Positions 40,070 to 50,878 are shown, numbered from the stretch's first letter. The stretch is DNA of 64,000 nucleotides from Candidatus Sumerlaeaceae bacterium (GCA_049968255.1 JBMFRB010000003.1:96001-160000); one strand, 5' to 3'. The notes: generated from the sequence alone by a model not told the origin. Numbers and translations are program-made.

Positions 40070-41524
40070 ATGGGAAAAATTACCGGCTTTCTCGAAATTC
40101 GCCGGCAAATGACACGCTACCGCGACCCGATCGAGCGGGTTGGTGATTGTCGTCAGGTTCAGCTCGAAGCCCCTGTGGAGCTGGTCCAGCAGCAGGGGGC
40201 GCGCTGCATGGATTGTGGCATTCCTTTCTGTCATAAAGGGTGCCCCCTGGGCAACGTCATTCCGGATTGGAACGATTTGGCCTATCGCGGGCGCTGGCAA
40301 GAGGCTATCGTTGAACTCCACGCCACGAATAACTTCCCAGAATTCACGGGCTGGGTGTGCCCGGCGCCATGCGAGTATGCGTGCGTGCTTGGCATCAATG
40401 ACGACCCCGTGACGATCAAAATGATCGAGTTGGCGGTCGTGGACAAAGCGTTTCAGGAAGGCTGGATCAGGCCGCAGCCCCCGAAGGTGCGCACAGGTAA
40501 GAAAGTCGCCATTGTGGGCTCGGGGCCAGCCGGGCTTGCGTGCGCCCAGCAGCTCAATCGTGCAGGCCATTCCGTCACGGTCTTTGAGCGCGCTGATCGA
40601 ATAGGCGGACTTCTCAGTTATGGGATTCCTGATTTCAAACTTGAGAAATGGATCGTTCAGCGGCGCGTAGCGCTGCTCGCGGAAGAAGGGATAGATTTCC
40701 GCACCAATGCTAACGTCGGGTTCAACGTCTCAGTTGCGGATTTGCGCAAGAATTTCGATGCCATTGTGTTGTGCGGCGGTGCGACGCGGCCACGCGATCT
40801 GCCCGTGCCCGGTCGCGAGCTTGAGGGTATCTATTTCGCCATGGAGTTCCTCCCCTTGCAAAACCGGCGTGTGGCCGGTGACCGCCTCGACGGTTGGCGC
40901 GATGTGACGGCGAAAGATAAGCGTGTCGTGGTCATTGGTGGCGGCGACACGGGTAGCGACTGTATCGGCACCGCCTTGCGGCAAGGATGCGTGTCGGTCC
41001 ATCAGTTCGAACTTTTGCCACGTCCTCCGGAAAGCCGAACGCCCGACATGCCATGGCCGACCTATCCCATGATCTTGCGTACCTCCAGCTCGCACGAGGA
41101 AGGCGAGGCTCTCGGCAAGCTCACCCGTGAGTGGGCGATTTCGACCAAGGGCTTTTCCGGCCGCGATGGCAAAGTTGAAAAACTTCATGCCGTGCGGCTG
41201 GAATGGAGCAAAGATCCCAAAACGGGGCGCCCCGCCATGCGCGAAATTCCTGGCAGCGAATTCACGATGGACGTGGATCTTGTCCTGCTCGCCATGGGCT
41301 TTGTTGGTCCCGAAACCGATGGGCCCATCGGCCAGCTCGGCCTCGATCTTGATCCGCGCGGAAATGTGGCCACGAATGCCGACTATATGACGAGCGTTGA
41401 GGGTGTGTTCGCTGCAGGAGACATGCGCCGCGGTCAGTCGCTGGTCGTTTGGGCCATCGCAGAAGGGCGTAAAGCTGCGCGCGGCGTGGATAAATATCTC
41501 ATGGGCGAAACGCATCTCCCCTAA
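40070..41524 (+). CDS. gltD: Glutamate synthase small subunit
   Basis: [42 protein letters not shown] and [14 protein letters not shown]. Confidence 0.97.
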   Translation: MGKITGFLEIRRQMTRYRDPIERVGDCRQVQLEAPVELVQQQGARCMDCGIPFCHKGCPLGNVIPDWNDLAYRGRWQEAIVELHATNNFPEFTGWVCPAPCEYACVLGINDDPVTIKMIELAVVDKAFQEGWIRPQPPKVRTGKKVAIVGSGPAGLACAQQLNRAGHSVTVFERADRIGGLLSYGIPDFKLEKWIVQRRVALLAEEGIDFRTNANVGFNVSVADLRKNFDAIVLCGGATRPRDLPVPGRELEGIYFAMEFLPLQNRRVAGDRLDGWRDVTAKDKRVVVIGGGDTGSDCIGTALRQGCVSVHQFELLPRPPESRTPDMPWPTYPMILRTSSSHEEGEALGKLTREWAISTKGFSGRDGKVEKLHAVRLEWSKDPKTGRPAMREIPGSEFTMDVDLVLLAMGFVGPETDGPIGQLGLDLDPRGNVATNADYMTSVEGVFAAGDMRRGQSLVVWAIAEGRKAARGVDKYLMGETHLP

Positions 41525-41637
41525 GCACGAAGTTCCCAGGCGCACCACAACGACAACGCATCGCAATGGGCTGAGAACCTGAGCTGCCACGCAAGGCAGC
41601 TTGACTCGGCACAGCGGGGGAGGCTAACAACCTCTTT

Positions 41638-42816
41638 GTGAGGCGACACAATTACGAGGTTGCGCTGGATGGTAAGCCATCGCCCACGGCGAGAACAAGC
41701 TCGCTGCACACGCAAGGCAGCAGCCCCTGTGCTTTACGTAAGAACACGCCGGTACGTTCAGGCGGGCTCAGCCTAATCCCGCATAGAGAGACGCTGGTCG
41801 CCTTCCTAATGCTCTTGCCCTTTGCTGTGCTTCTGGTTCGGGTCCAGCATGCGTTGTGCGCTCACGCCTCCAACGGCATTTTCAATTCCTTTCTCCAGGG
41901 CCAGCTTGGCCCCGTATTTTCGTCGCGCATTCTCATGCGCCTGCTCATCCCTGGGGTCTGGTCCCTTGCTCCCCACGCTTGGTTTCCGGAGCACGCCAAT
42001 CAACTGCTGCAAATAGGCTTCACGGGGATTGGCCTAATTGCCACGTACGAATTGGCTCGCTCATGGCTGAGTGCAACAGCTGCGCTTGGCGTGAGCTACC
42101 TTGCTGGCGCCTGGCTTGCGTGGGGCATGCTTCCCATGGGCTATAGCTTTGCCTACCCCTACGATCTGCCCACCTTTGCATTTTCGGCGCTCGGACTTCT
42201 CGCGCTCGCGCGCCGCGATCTCTGGGGATTCGCTGGTATGGTGTTTTTCGGCGTGCTCTGCAAAGAGACCATCGTTTGGCTGCTAGTGGTTGTGGCCATC
42301 ATGGAGTGGCGCCGCAGGGGTATGTTATTCGGTTGGTGGGTGTTTTCAGGCCTCGTGTTGCTCGCGATTGTCTGCTATGCTCTTCCACGCCTTGGTTTCC
42401 TCGGAAGCCGCCTGTATCCCTTTGCGACAGTGGAGTTGTGGGAAAACAAAGAAGCAAAGATCACGCGCGTGGCGGCCAATATCCGAGAATTCGGCACATT
42501 GGCGCACGGCTCGCCTACCGAAAATATTTACTGGTTTGCCACGATTTTTTTGCCCGTCGTCTTTGTGTGGAGGCACGGGTTGTCGCCATTTCTTCGGGCG
42601 TGCTGGATGGGCGCGCTGGTTCTTTTTACAGGCAACTTCATCTGCGGCAACGTGTGGGAGGTTCGCATCTTTAACGAAATTGTGCCGCTAGGTGCAGTAA
42701 CGACGTTTTTGGCCTTTCGCCTGGTCGTGGAGGGCGGCGTTGAGGCTGCCCCCACAGACTTTCCCCCGCTGAGTTCCGTCGCCGAACCACCCTACCCTGA
42801 CACCACGAGAAAGTGA
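41638..42816 (+). CDS. Hypothetical multi-pass membrane protein (possibly GT-C-like)
   Basis: Many hydrophobic segments, YPYDLP and GVLCKET motifs. Start is uncertain (possibly 41809). Confidence 0.6.
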   Translation: MRRHNYEVALDGKPSPTARTSSLHTQGSSPCALRKNTPVRSGGLSLIPHRETLVAFLMLLPFAVLLVRVQHALCAHASNGIFNSFLQGQLGPVFSSRILMRLLIPGVWSLAPHAWFPEHANQLLQIGFTGIGLIATYELARSWLSATAALGVSYLAGAWLAWGMLPMGYSFAYPYDLPTFAFSALGLLALARRDLWGFAGMVFFGVLCKETIVWLLVVVAIMEWRRRGMLFGWWVFSGLVLLAIVCYALPRLGFLGSRLYPFATVELWENKEAKITRVAANIREFGTLAHGSPTENIYWFATIFLPVVFVWRHGLSPFLRACWMGALVLFTGNFICGNVWEVRIFNEIVPLGAVTTFLAFRLVVEGGVEAAPTDFPPLSSVAEPPYPDTTRK

Positions 42817-42853
42817 GGAGTGAGCTCTGCGTTTTCTCGCACGCCCGAAGTGC

Positions 42854-42886
42854 AAAAGGGCGCACGGCGGGAGAAGCCGTGCGCCC
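42854..42886 (-). terminator. Intrinsic terminator of the Hsp20 operon
   Basis: Perfect 11-bp stem GGGCGCACGGC/GCCGTGCGCCC (42858-42868 / 42876-42886) followed by TTTT on the minus strand. Confidence 0.65.
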
Positions 42887-42982
42887 CTGGGCGGGAGGAG
42901 GAACCCATGCGCGTGAGATGGGGATAGGGAGAGGAGAAACTTGTCCAGCCTTTCTCCCTCGCCGCGATCGTCTGCGTTGCCG

Positions 42983-43540
42983 TTACTCTGTTTTGACCTC
43001 GATCTTTTTTGCCTCCGGCTGCGCTTGGACTTTGCGCGGGATCGCCACCGTCAGCACACCATTTTTGAACTTTGCAGTGATGTTATCGGCATCTGCGTCT
43101 TCCGGAAGCGTCAGCAGCCGCTCGAAGCTGCCGTAGGCGCGCTCGCTCCGGTAGTAGCCTTTGCCCTTTTCCTCTTGTTCCTGCTTCTTTTCGCCACTGA
43201 TGCGGAGCGTGTCGTTCGACACTTCGACGTTGATGTCCTTTTCGTTCACGCCGGGAAGCTCGACATTTACGGTGTATTCTTTGTCCGTCGCGCTGATCTC
43301 CACGTTCGGCTTGAACCACTCAGCCGCGCGTGCTACTGGCGCGAACACGCGATCCCAGCGAGCCAGAGGCAAAGCAAAATCACGAGCGAATTCATCGAAG
43401 ATTCGGTCAATCTCGCGTTGCAGTCTGGCGAACGACTCTGGCAACGCCACGTCGAAGTCGCGGCGCACGGGCAGAAGACTGCCTTCGCGTTCCTCCTCGC
43501 GTTTGAACCAATTCCATGGTACAAGTTTATCGAACTTCAT
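42983..43540 (-). CDS. Hsp20/alpha-crystallin small heat shock protein (cytoplasmic)
   Basis: LVPWNWF, PNVEI..ELPGV, ERAYGSFERLLTLP, AKFKNGVL and KIEV tail. Confidence 0.95.
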   Translation of the reverse strand: MKFDKLVPWNWFKREEEREGSLLPVRRDFDVALPESFARLQREIDRIFDEFARDFALPLARWDRVFAPVARAAEWFKPNVEISATDKEYTVNVELPGVNEKDINVEVSNDTLRISGEKKQEQEEKGKGYYRSERAYGSFERLLTLPEDADADNITAKFKNGVLTVAIPRKVQAQPEAKKIEVKTE

Positions 43541-43555
43541 GATTCCTCACCTCCT

Positions 43556-44383
43556 TCACTGAATTTTGAGTTCTTGTTTCGTGCCTTTCGAGGCGCCCTT
43601 GGCACGTGGGACCTCGATTGTCAGCACGCCGTTTTCCAACTTTGTTTTCGCTTTCGCGGGTTCGGCATCCGGCGGCAGGTAAACGTCGCGCCGGAATTGG
43701 CCGTAGAAGATTTCCCGCCTGGCGAAGCCTTTGCGGTTTTCATCTACTCGGCTTTCGCGCTTGCCCTCGATGCTCAGGCGGCCGTTTTCCACGGTCACCT
43801 TCACCTCGTCCTTGTTCACACCGGGCAAGTCGAAGCGGTAGATGTAGGCGTCATCCCTCTCTTCGAACTCGCCCATGGGGCTAAAGCGCGCCGCCATCTG
43901 GCCAAACTGACGCGCTTGGTCGCTCATGCGGCGCCACGCCTGCTGGAACATTCGGTCCATGCGGGCCCGCATCTCCTGCATTTCTCGCCACGGGTCCCAA
44001 CGCCCCCCAAACGGGGCCCATGCGTCAGTGTCGTTCCAGTTGTTGTCCAGCCAAGGCAAACGATCCACATCTTCTTGTCCGGACGGCGCCGTCGCACGTT
44101 TCGTGCTAGGAGAGGCCACTTCCTCGCGCTCGAGCATCCGCAGCGCCTCGTTCACGCGTTCGTCAGGGCTCTTGGAGCGGTCGCGGAGAAGGGCCTGCAG
44201 CCTCTCACGCAGACTCTCGCTCGCCTGGATGGCCGGCTTGGCTTTCGCCTGCTCGCTGGTCGCAGTCTCGCTTGATGTGCTCTGGGCCAGCGTGACAGGC
44301 GCCGTCACCGTAAGCACGGCGGCGAGAATCGGTGCGGCCACGTGTCTGCGCTGCGCCTCAAGGATCGTCCACCACATTTTCAT
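43556..44383 (-). CDS. Hsp20/alpha-crystallin protein with N-terminal signal peptide
   Basis: QRRH-VAAPILAAVLTVTAPV-TLA signal-like segment, WDPW motif, FDLPGV, REIFYGQFRR..LP, LENGVL and LKIQ tail. Confidence 0.88.
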   Translation of the reverse strand: MKMWWTILEAQRRHVAAPILAAVLTVTAPVTLAQSTSSETATSEQAKAKPAIQASESLRERLQALLRDRSKSPDERVNEALRMLEREEVASPSTKRATAPSGQEDVDRLPWLDNNWNDTDAWAPFGGRWDPWREMQEMRARMDRMFQQAWRRMSDQARQFGQMAARFSPMGEFEERDDAYIYRFDLPGVNKDEVKVTVENGRLSIEGKRESRVDENRKGFARREIFYGQFRRDVYLPPDAEPAKAKTKLENGVLTIEVPRAKGASKGTKQELKIQ

Positions 44384-44439
44384 CGCTCCATCCCTCCTTT
44401 CTGTCGAGAAGTCTGAAGCGACTTTCCGTTCGTCCCTAT

Positions 44440-44455
44440 TGCACAGAACGTGCCA
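44440..44455 (-). promoter_or_regulatory. Putative sigma54 (-24/-12) promoter of the Hsp20 operon
   Basis: Minus strand TGGCACGTTCTGTGCA has correct GG-N10-GC spacing and one mismatch to TGGCACG-N4-TTGCW. It lies about 57 nt before the start codon. Confidence 0.65.
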
Positions 44456-44887
44456 GAAACATGTGGGCCTCGTGCTTCGCAGAATGAGCTGAATAAGCCG
44501 TTTCTTTGTGCTGGCCCGTGCAAAAATCGTGGTCGGGGGAGCGCCCGTATTGGCGCAACTTTACGCACGGCACGAGCGAGATCGTGTGAAAATGTGTCAC
44601 AGCGAAACTTGTCCAAAAGGAACTTTCTGAGTAACGGGTGAAGGGGGAACGCGCTCCGTGCTCGCATGGCGTACCGTTTTGGAGTGCATACGTCACGGAT
44701 GTCTTTGAAAATTCTGGGCTTGTGTTTGGTGTCTCGCCCGTCAGGCGTACGGCGCAAGGCCCGCTCGGCGGCGCGTCTCTTGCTTGGGAGCAAGAGAGGA
44801 GTGGTTCTTGTTTTTGCGTCTTTGTCGAGCAGGCGTGGCCCCCTTGCCAAGCCGCTCGCAAATCGCTAAGCGAGGGAGGACGGGATA

Positions 44888-47215
44888 ATGTCGGATTTGA
44901 TGAGGCGTAGCAGCGATCGATTGCACAAAATCGTGCTTATCGGCAACTACCTACCGCGTCAGTGCGGCATCGCGACTTTTACCACGGACCTTTTGACCTC
45001 CTTGGCCAGTGAGGCGCACGACTCCGAAGTTTGCGCTGTAGTCATGAACGACATCCCCGAAGGCTACGACTATCCGCCCGAGGTGCGCTTTGAGATCAAT
45101 CAAAAGAAACTCTCGGACTACCGGCTAGCGGCGGATTTCCTCAACATGAGCCAAGTGGATGTTGTCTGTCTCCAGCATGAATACGGAATTTTTGGAGGTG
45201 AGAGTGGGGCGTACATTTTGGAATTGCTGGCGCACCTGCGGATGCCTGTTGTCTCAACGCTCCACACCGTTCTGCAGCAGCCAACGCCAAGCCAACGGCA
45301 CGTTCTGCGCTCGATCTGTCAGCACTCGGACCGTGTCGTGGTTATGAGTAACCGTGCGGTTGAGTTGCTTCAGGAAATCTATGATGTGCCGCGCGACAAG
45401 ATTGTGATGATTGGCCACGGCATTCCCGACGTGCCGTTTGTCGATCCGAACTTTTATAAGGATCAATTCTGCGTCGAGGGGCGCAAAGTCATGCTCACCT
45501 TTGGCCTGCTGTCGCCAGGCAAGGGCATCGAATACATGATTGAAGCCTTGCCCGAGATCGTAGCGGCGCACCCCGACGTCGTGTACATCGTCCTCGGGGC
45601 CACCCATCCGCACATTAAACGTCAGTCGGGCGAATCCTATCGTATGTCGCTACTGCGACGGGCCCGCGAGCTAGGTGTGGATTCGCACCTTATTTTCCAT
45701 AATCGCTTTGTCGAGCTTTCCGATCTCTGTGAGTTCCTTGGTGCGGCCGATGTTTACGTCACGCCCTACATAAACAAAGAACAAATTGTCTCCGGCACGC
45801 TGGCCTACGCGCTGGGAGCCGGCAAAGCGGTTGTCTCGACGCCCTACTGGTACGCTGAGGAAATGCTTGCCGAGGGGCGCGGGCGGCTCGTTGGTTTCTG
45901 CGACTCGAAATCTTTGGCCGAGCAAATCATCGACCTGCTGACGAACGAAGTCGAGCGCCATGCGATGCGTAAGCGCGCTTACACGTTCACGCGCGATATG
46001 GTCTGGAAGGAAGTTGCGCGCAAGTACCTCCACGTTTTCCACGTTGTGAAATGCGAGCGCGCCAGCAAACCCCGGCCGCATTTCCACACACGCACCGCAG
46101 AAGTGCCTCCCCACGAAATGCCGCCCGTGAAACTCGACCACGTGCTGCGCCTGACAGACGACGTCGGCATTCTCCAGCACGCAAAGTTTGCTGTACCGGA
46201 TCGCTATCACGGCTACTGCACGGATGACAATGCGCGGGCGCTTATCACCGTTCTTCAAGCTCAGGAGATTCTCACCGAGCCGCTCCCCGGCGGCCGGAGG
46301 ATCGAGGAGCTGGCCTATTTATATCTAAGCTTCTTGCATTACGCCTTCAATGAAGAGACCGGTCGCTTTCGCAACTTTATGGCCTACGACCGGCGCTGGC
46401 TCGAAGAGGTCGGCGCCGAAGATTGCCACGGCCGGGCCGTGTGTGGACTCGGCGTGGCCATCGGTCTGTCGCACTCGGACCATCTTGTGGGCGCCGCCAT
46501 GCCAATTTTCGAAAAAGCCTTGGCAGCGGTGGAACAGTTTACCTCGCCGCGCGCTTGGGCTTTCGGACTCATCGGAGCCCACGCGTACCTCAACCGTTAT
46601 TCCGGCGACAGCGAGGTGCGGCGTATCTGCGATCGGTTGGCCTCGCGTCTGTTTGCACTGTGGCGCGACCATGCCGACGAGCACTGGTGCTGGCCAGAGC
46701 CTTACGTGACTTACGAAAACGCGCGCATACCCCAGGCACTAATCCTAGCGGGGCGCACCCTCGACAGCAGCGAAATGGTCTCGGCCGGAATCAAATGCCT
46801 GGAGTGGCTGGCCCGTTTACAGCTCGATGAACGTGGCCATTTTGTCCCGATCGGCAATCGTGGTTGGTATGCGCGCGGCGCTGAGCGGGCACGCTTCGAT
46901 CAACAGCCCGTCGAGGCGCAGGCCATGATCGAGGCCTGCCGCGCCGCGTACGTGGCCACGCTCGATAAAAAATGGAGTGACTACGCACAGCTTTGCCTCG
47001 ATTGGTTTCTCGGGCGCAACGATCTGTCCGTCCCTCTCTACGATGAGGTCACAGGTGGTTGCTGCGATGGGCTCACGCCTAATGGTCCGAACCGCAACCA
47101 GGGGGCGGAATCGACCCTGGCCTGGCTGCTCACCCTGCTCAATGCCTATGAAATGAATAGCCTCCAGGTAGCGGCGGACACAAGCGCCCCGGCACACGCG
47201 ACACTTTCCAGCTAA
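44888..47215 (+). CDS. GT4 glycosyltransferase fused to a C-terminal six-hairpin-glycosidase-like domain
   Basis: GNYLPRQCGIATFT, LQHEYGIFGG, GLLSPGKGIE and SGTLAYA. C-domain GYCTDDNARAL, FDQQPVEA and NQGAESTLA. Confidence 0.88.
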   Translation: MSDLMRRSSDRLHKIVLIGNYLPRQCGIATFTTDLLTSLASEAHDSEVCAVVMNDIPEGYDYPPEVRFEINQKKLSDYRLAADFLNMSQVDVVCLQHEYGIFGGESGAYILELLAHLRMPVVSTLHTVLQQPTPSQRHVLRSICQHSDRVVVMSNRAVELLQEIYDVPRDKIVMIGHGIPDVPFVDPNFYKDQFCVEGRKVMLTFGLLSPGKGIEYMIEALPEIVAAHPDVVYIVLGATHPHIKRQSGESYRMSLLRRARELGVDSHLIFHNRFVELSDLCEFLGAADVYVTPYINKEQIVSGTLAYALGAGKAVVSTPYWYAEEMLAEGRGRLVGFCDSKSLAEQIIDLLTNEVERHAMRKRAYTFTRDMVWKEVARKYLHVFHVVKCERASKPRPHFHTRTAEVPPHEMPPVKLDHVLRLTDDVGILQHAKFAVPDRYHGYCTDDNARALITVLQAQEILTEPLPGGRRIEELAYLYLSFLHYAFNEETGRFRNFMAYDRRWLEEVGAEDCHGRAVCGLGVAIGLSHSDHLVGAAMPIFEKALAAVEQFTSPRAWAFGLIGAHAYLNRYSGDSEVRRICDRLASRLFALWRDHADEHWCWPEPYVTYENARIPQALILAGRTLDSSEMVSAGIKCLEWLARLQLDERGHFVPIGNRGWYARGAERARFDQQPVEAQAMIEACRAAYVATLDKKWSDYAQLCLDWFLGRNDLSVPLYDEVTGGCCDGLTPNGPNRNQGAESTLAWLLTLLNAYEMNSLQVAADTSAPAHATLSS

Positions 47216-47241
47216 CTCGAAACCGCCAGGAGGTGTGAGCG

Positions 47242-48468
47242 ATGGCGAATCAACCAATCGTTCTCATAAGTTCCTATCCGCCGCGGCTCTGCGGCATTGC
47301 CACATTTTGCGAAGAAGCACGCGAGTTCCTACAGCGCGCGGAACCTGAGCGCGACGTGCTCGTGATTTCCCACACGGACGGGGAAGGTGAAGGAGTCTTT
47401 CCGATTATTGACATGCGGCGCGAGGATTGGTGGCGCCCTGTCGTTGAGCAGGTGCGAAGGCTCGACCCTTATGCTGTCCACATCCAGCACGAGTACGGAC
47501 TCTACGAGTACCACGACGAGCGTGGTATGGGCGATGGCAATGAGGGCTTTCTCACGCTGCTGTCGGCACTTCACGACTGGCCGGTCATTGTGGAGCCTCA
47601 TACCATTCATGGGCGCATGCGCGATTTCGAGGCGGACTTCGTTTACAAGATGTGCCGCCGCGCCCACGTGGTGCTCTTCAAATGCCACTATCAAAAGTGG
47701 CGGTGGGACTGGACATGCAGCGCGCGCCGGTGGCCCATTCCGAAAAACATCATGGTGGTGCCGCACGGCGCTCGCCCCGACAAGCGATGGGGGATCCACG
47801 AAATTCCCGCGCTGCGCCACGAGTTTGGCCTAGATCAAATCGGCCTGGCAAACCACATTATTGGCATGATTGGGTGGATCCAATCAAACAAGCGTTGGGA
47901 TATTCTCCTTTCGATGTGGGAGGAGATCCACAATGAGATCCTGGCACGTACGGGCGAAGACTGGGACCTCCTGGCTGCGGGCGCGATGCGCGACCCCGCC
48001 CATCGTCAGGACTACGAAGAATGGGTTGCAGAGGTGCGGATCCTCGCAGCGAAGGGCATTGCCCACTATCACGAGTTTATCCCGCGCGGCGAGGCGTACT
48101 ACAAGCTCATGGCCGTCTGCGACTTCATCGTGCTCCCCTCGACCGACGAAACCCAATCGGGGACACTGGCGCGCATTATCGCCCTGAACAAGCCCTTTCT
48201 CACTACGGCGCCAATGGAAGGGCTGACGGCCCAAGCACTCGAAAGCGGCGGTGGGCTTCTCTTCACGAACAAGCAAATGCTACGCGAAAACGTCATCCGT
48301 CTGGCCACTGACGAACAGCTGCGCCTCCAGCTTGGCGAGAACTTGCGACGTTATCTTGAGCAGGTCGTCTCGTGGGAAGTGGTCGCGCAGCAATACCGGG
48401 AAGCCTACGAGCTAGCGCGCACGGCACTGCAAACAGGAACACCGGTCACCCTACCGCCGGAATTCTAG
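47242..48468 (+). CDS. GT4 glycosyltransferase, paralog of the upstream GT domain
   Basis: SSYPPRLCGIATF, IQHEYGLY, VPHGA and QSGTLA. Strong RBS AGGAGG. Confidence 0.85.
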   Translation: MANQPIVLISSYPPRLCGIATFCEEAREFLQRAEPERDVLVISHTDGEGEGVFPIIDMRREDWWRPVVEQVRRLDPYAVHIQHEYGLYEYHDERGMGDGNEGFLTLLSALHDWPVIVEPHTIHGRMRDFEADFVYKMCRRAHVVLFKCHYQKWRWDWTCSARRWPIPKNIMVVPHGARPDKRWGIHEIPALRHEFGLDQIGLANHIIGMIGWIQSNKRWDILLSMWEEIHNEILARTGEDWDLLAAGAMRDPAHRQDYEEWVAEVRILAAKGIAHYHEFIPRGEAYYKLMAVCDFIVLPSTDETQSGTLARIIALNKPFLTTAPMEGLTAQALESGGGLLFTNKQMLRENVIRLATDEQLRLQLGENLRRYLEQVVSWEVVAQQYREAYELARTALQTGTPVTLPPEF

Positions 48469-48769
48469 AAGAGCACCAATGGTGAGGGTTGGCGCCTTTT
48501 GCTCTCGGCGTGCCCCATGCTCTGCGAGTTTAGCTTTGCACACGGAGCAGCGCGCCAAACACGAAGAATCTGGCGCGAAAGGCCTAACGTTGGGCCGTAC
48601 ACACGTAGCAGGGCGGCAGGGCTAATTGTCTCTAGGACAATGTCCGACTGACCGCGCTGCTCGCTTTTTCACCGTCCCGTCACATGCAATAAACTTGCGC
48701 TTTCCGCAAAATCTGTGCCCCCTTCGTGTTCGGCGCTATTAGCCACTAATTCGGAAGGAGATTTTCGGT

Positions 48770-50206
48770 GTGCTGATTGTCGATCAACTGCGTAGAGGAT
48801 TTTCTGCCTTGCGGCTGCTATGCTGGTCTGGAATTGCGTTCGTCATCGCTGGCGCTGCCTCCGGATTTGCCTCATCAACCAGTAACGGCGATGGGGAAAC
48901 GACTGGATCGGCCAACAAAAGGACCGGTTTTTTCCCTCCGCTTGTGTGGGGTCAGGAGCGTGAATGGAAGTTGCAAATGCAGGCAGACCAGCGTGTGCGA
49001 TTCGAACGCCGCGATAACTATGATCTCGATAAGCGCAAAGCCGACAACGACGACCTCGGCCTGGTGCGAACGCGCGTGAAATTCGACCTTACATACCGCA
49101 CGTGGTGGCGCGTGCATCTGGGACTGGTCGATGCGCGCCAGGTCGGGGCTCGAACCGATATCATGCAAGAAGCTTATTGGCACCTCCATCAGTTATTTGT
49201 GGAGGCAAAAGCGCGTGAGGGCTCTCCCTGGACCATCACCGTGGGGCGCCAATCTTTTGACTTTGGCGAAGGGCGCCTTGTCGAGTACGGCACATGGGCG
49301 AATTTCCTAAAGCTTTTTGATGGGGCGCGCCTGCGATATCAGGACTCTGGTATGGATGTAAGTCTCTTTCTCGTCCAGCCGCTCATCTATCAACACCATC
49401 ACACACCCTTTCTCGTCACAGGCGCGCCTCATCCTCAGCGCCACACGTTTTTTTATGGTGTTTATTCCACTTTCAAATGGTGGGCGCCGCATGAAGTGGA
49501 TCTCTACGCTCTCGGTCTGAGCGACCGGAGTAACATGCGCACGTTCCCTTCGAGTGTAAAGAGTGAGGCCGGCGAGTACGGCACATCGAGTCGCTACACA
49601 CTAGGCACACGCTTGCGCGGTCCACTTGTCAAGCACGCGGGGCTAGGCACACTGGGTTATGGGCTCGAGGCGGCTTATCAGTGGGGCAATGTCAGCGGGG
49701 ACACTGTGCGTGCCTATATGGTTCACGCCGATCTCAATTACACATGGAACAGCCCTTGGAAACCGATGCTGAAAATTGAAGGCAACCTTGCGAGTGGCGA
49801 TCGTCGCTTCGGCGATGGCGAGAACAATACGTTCAACCCGCTTTTTGGCAGTTCTCACACGCCTTATGGCATCATAGATTTTGTGCGCCTTCAAAACCTT
49901 CGCGAAGTGGCCCTCAATTATAGCATCGAGCCAACCTCGAAACTCAAGCTGCAGGCCGAGGCTCACCACTACTGGCTAGATTCACGAACCGATGCCTGGT
50001 TTGGTGGTCCAGGACTGCGCGACAAGACCGGACAGAGCGGGCGTGACTTGGGCGACGAGCTCAGCCTTGTGGCCAAATACAAATTGACCAAGCGCGTTTC
50101 GCTCGAGGGCGGATTCTCTCATTTTTTCCCAGGCAATTTCCCACGTAAGGCGGGCAAGACCGACGGCGCAAATTTCTTCTATCTCCAATATGAGCTGCAG
50201 CTTTAG
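48770..50206 (+). CDS. Alginate export family outer-membrane beta-barrel
   Basis: Signal peptide, RVRFE, VGRQ..FDGARL, GLEAAYQWG, ASGD..TFNPLF and amphipathic terminal strand YLQYELQL. Confidence 0.85.
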   Translation: MLIVDQLRRGFSALRLLCWSGIAFVIAGAASGFASSTSNGDGETTGSANKRTGFFPPLVWGQEREWKLQMQADQRVRFERRDNYDLDKRKADNDDLGLVRTRVKFDLTYRTWWRVHLGLVDARQVGARTDIMQEAYWHLHQLFVEAKAREGSPWTITVGRQSFDFGEGRLVEYGTWANFLKLFDGARLRYQDSGMDVSLFLVQPLIYQHHHTPFLVTGAPHPQRHTFFYGVYSTFKWWAPHEVDLYALGLSDRSNMRTFPSSVKSEAGEYGTSSRYTLGTRLRGPLVKHAGLGTLGYGLEAAYQWGNVSGDTVRAYMVHADLNYTWNSPWKPMLKIEGNLASGDRRFGDGENNTFNPLFGSSHTPYGIIDFVRLQNLREVALNYSIEPTSKLKLQAEAHHYWLDSRTDAWFGGPGLRDKTGQSGRDLGDELSLVAKYKLTKRVSLEGGFSHFFPGNFPRKAGKTDGANFFYLQYELQL

Positions 50207-50368
50207 GGAGAAGAATGCGCACGTGATCCAGTTTTCCACCCGCCCCCTACGGGGCCAAGCTTCGACGCAGAGATCATTTTGTTGCGAGAAGCGCTCCCCA
50301 GTCGCGCGAAAAGGGATGAATGATTGAATATGGTTGTACGACGCCAATAGTTCACCTTAGTAAATCAA

Positions 50369-50878
50369 ATGTCGCCGCGTGTACATCATACCGAATCGAT
50401 CATCGCCGACGCTATCATTGCTTTGCAGGCATTAGCCGAAGTCTTCCAGAGGCGGCGCGAGACGTTGGCTCGGCAAGCTGGCCTCACTGTTGAGCAATGG
50501 CGCGTGCTCGAAGAGATTGCGGGCGAATCATTTATGGCCTCGCTCTTCGCTCGTGAGCGCCGACGCTCCCGCGCAGCGGTCTCAAAGATCATTCGCCAGC
50601 TCCTTGATAAAAAGATCATTGAGACCGCCGTATCGGTGCACGATGGTCGCCAGCGCACGTACCGGCTGACGCCGGCAGGACGAGCCACCTTGCGAAAACT
50701 GCGCCGGGCCCGCCGCGAGGCCATCGCAAAGGTTTGGTGCAAATTTGATGCGCAACAGCTTCACAGCTTCACCGTGTTCAGCCGCGAGCTGTGCACGCGG
50801 CTTGAAGCGCTGAGCAGCCCGCCGCGCCGTTCGCGGGCGCCACTTGCAGCAACCGAAAGGAAAACCAAAAATGGGTAA
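50369..50878 (+). CDS. MarR-family transcriptional regulator
   Basis: [22 protein letters not shown] and [13 protein letters not shown]. Overlaps the leuC start. Confidence 0.9.
   Translation: MSPRVHHTESIIADAIIALQALAEVFQRRRETLARQAGLTVEQWRVLEEIAGESFMASLFARERRRSRAAVSKIIRQLLDKKIIETAVSVHDGRQRTYRLTPAGRATLRKLRRARREAIAKVWCKFDAQQLHSFTVFSRELCTRLEALSSPPRRSRAPLAATERKTKNG

Noticed and set aside
42941-44275. 444-aa + strand ORF spanning both Hsp20 genes
   Set aside because: Antisense shadow; the minus-strand genes have clear family motifs, RBS, promoter and terminator.
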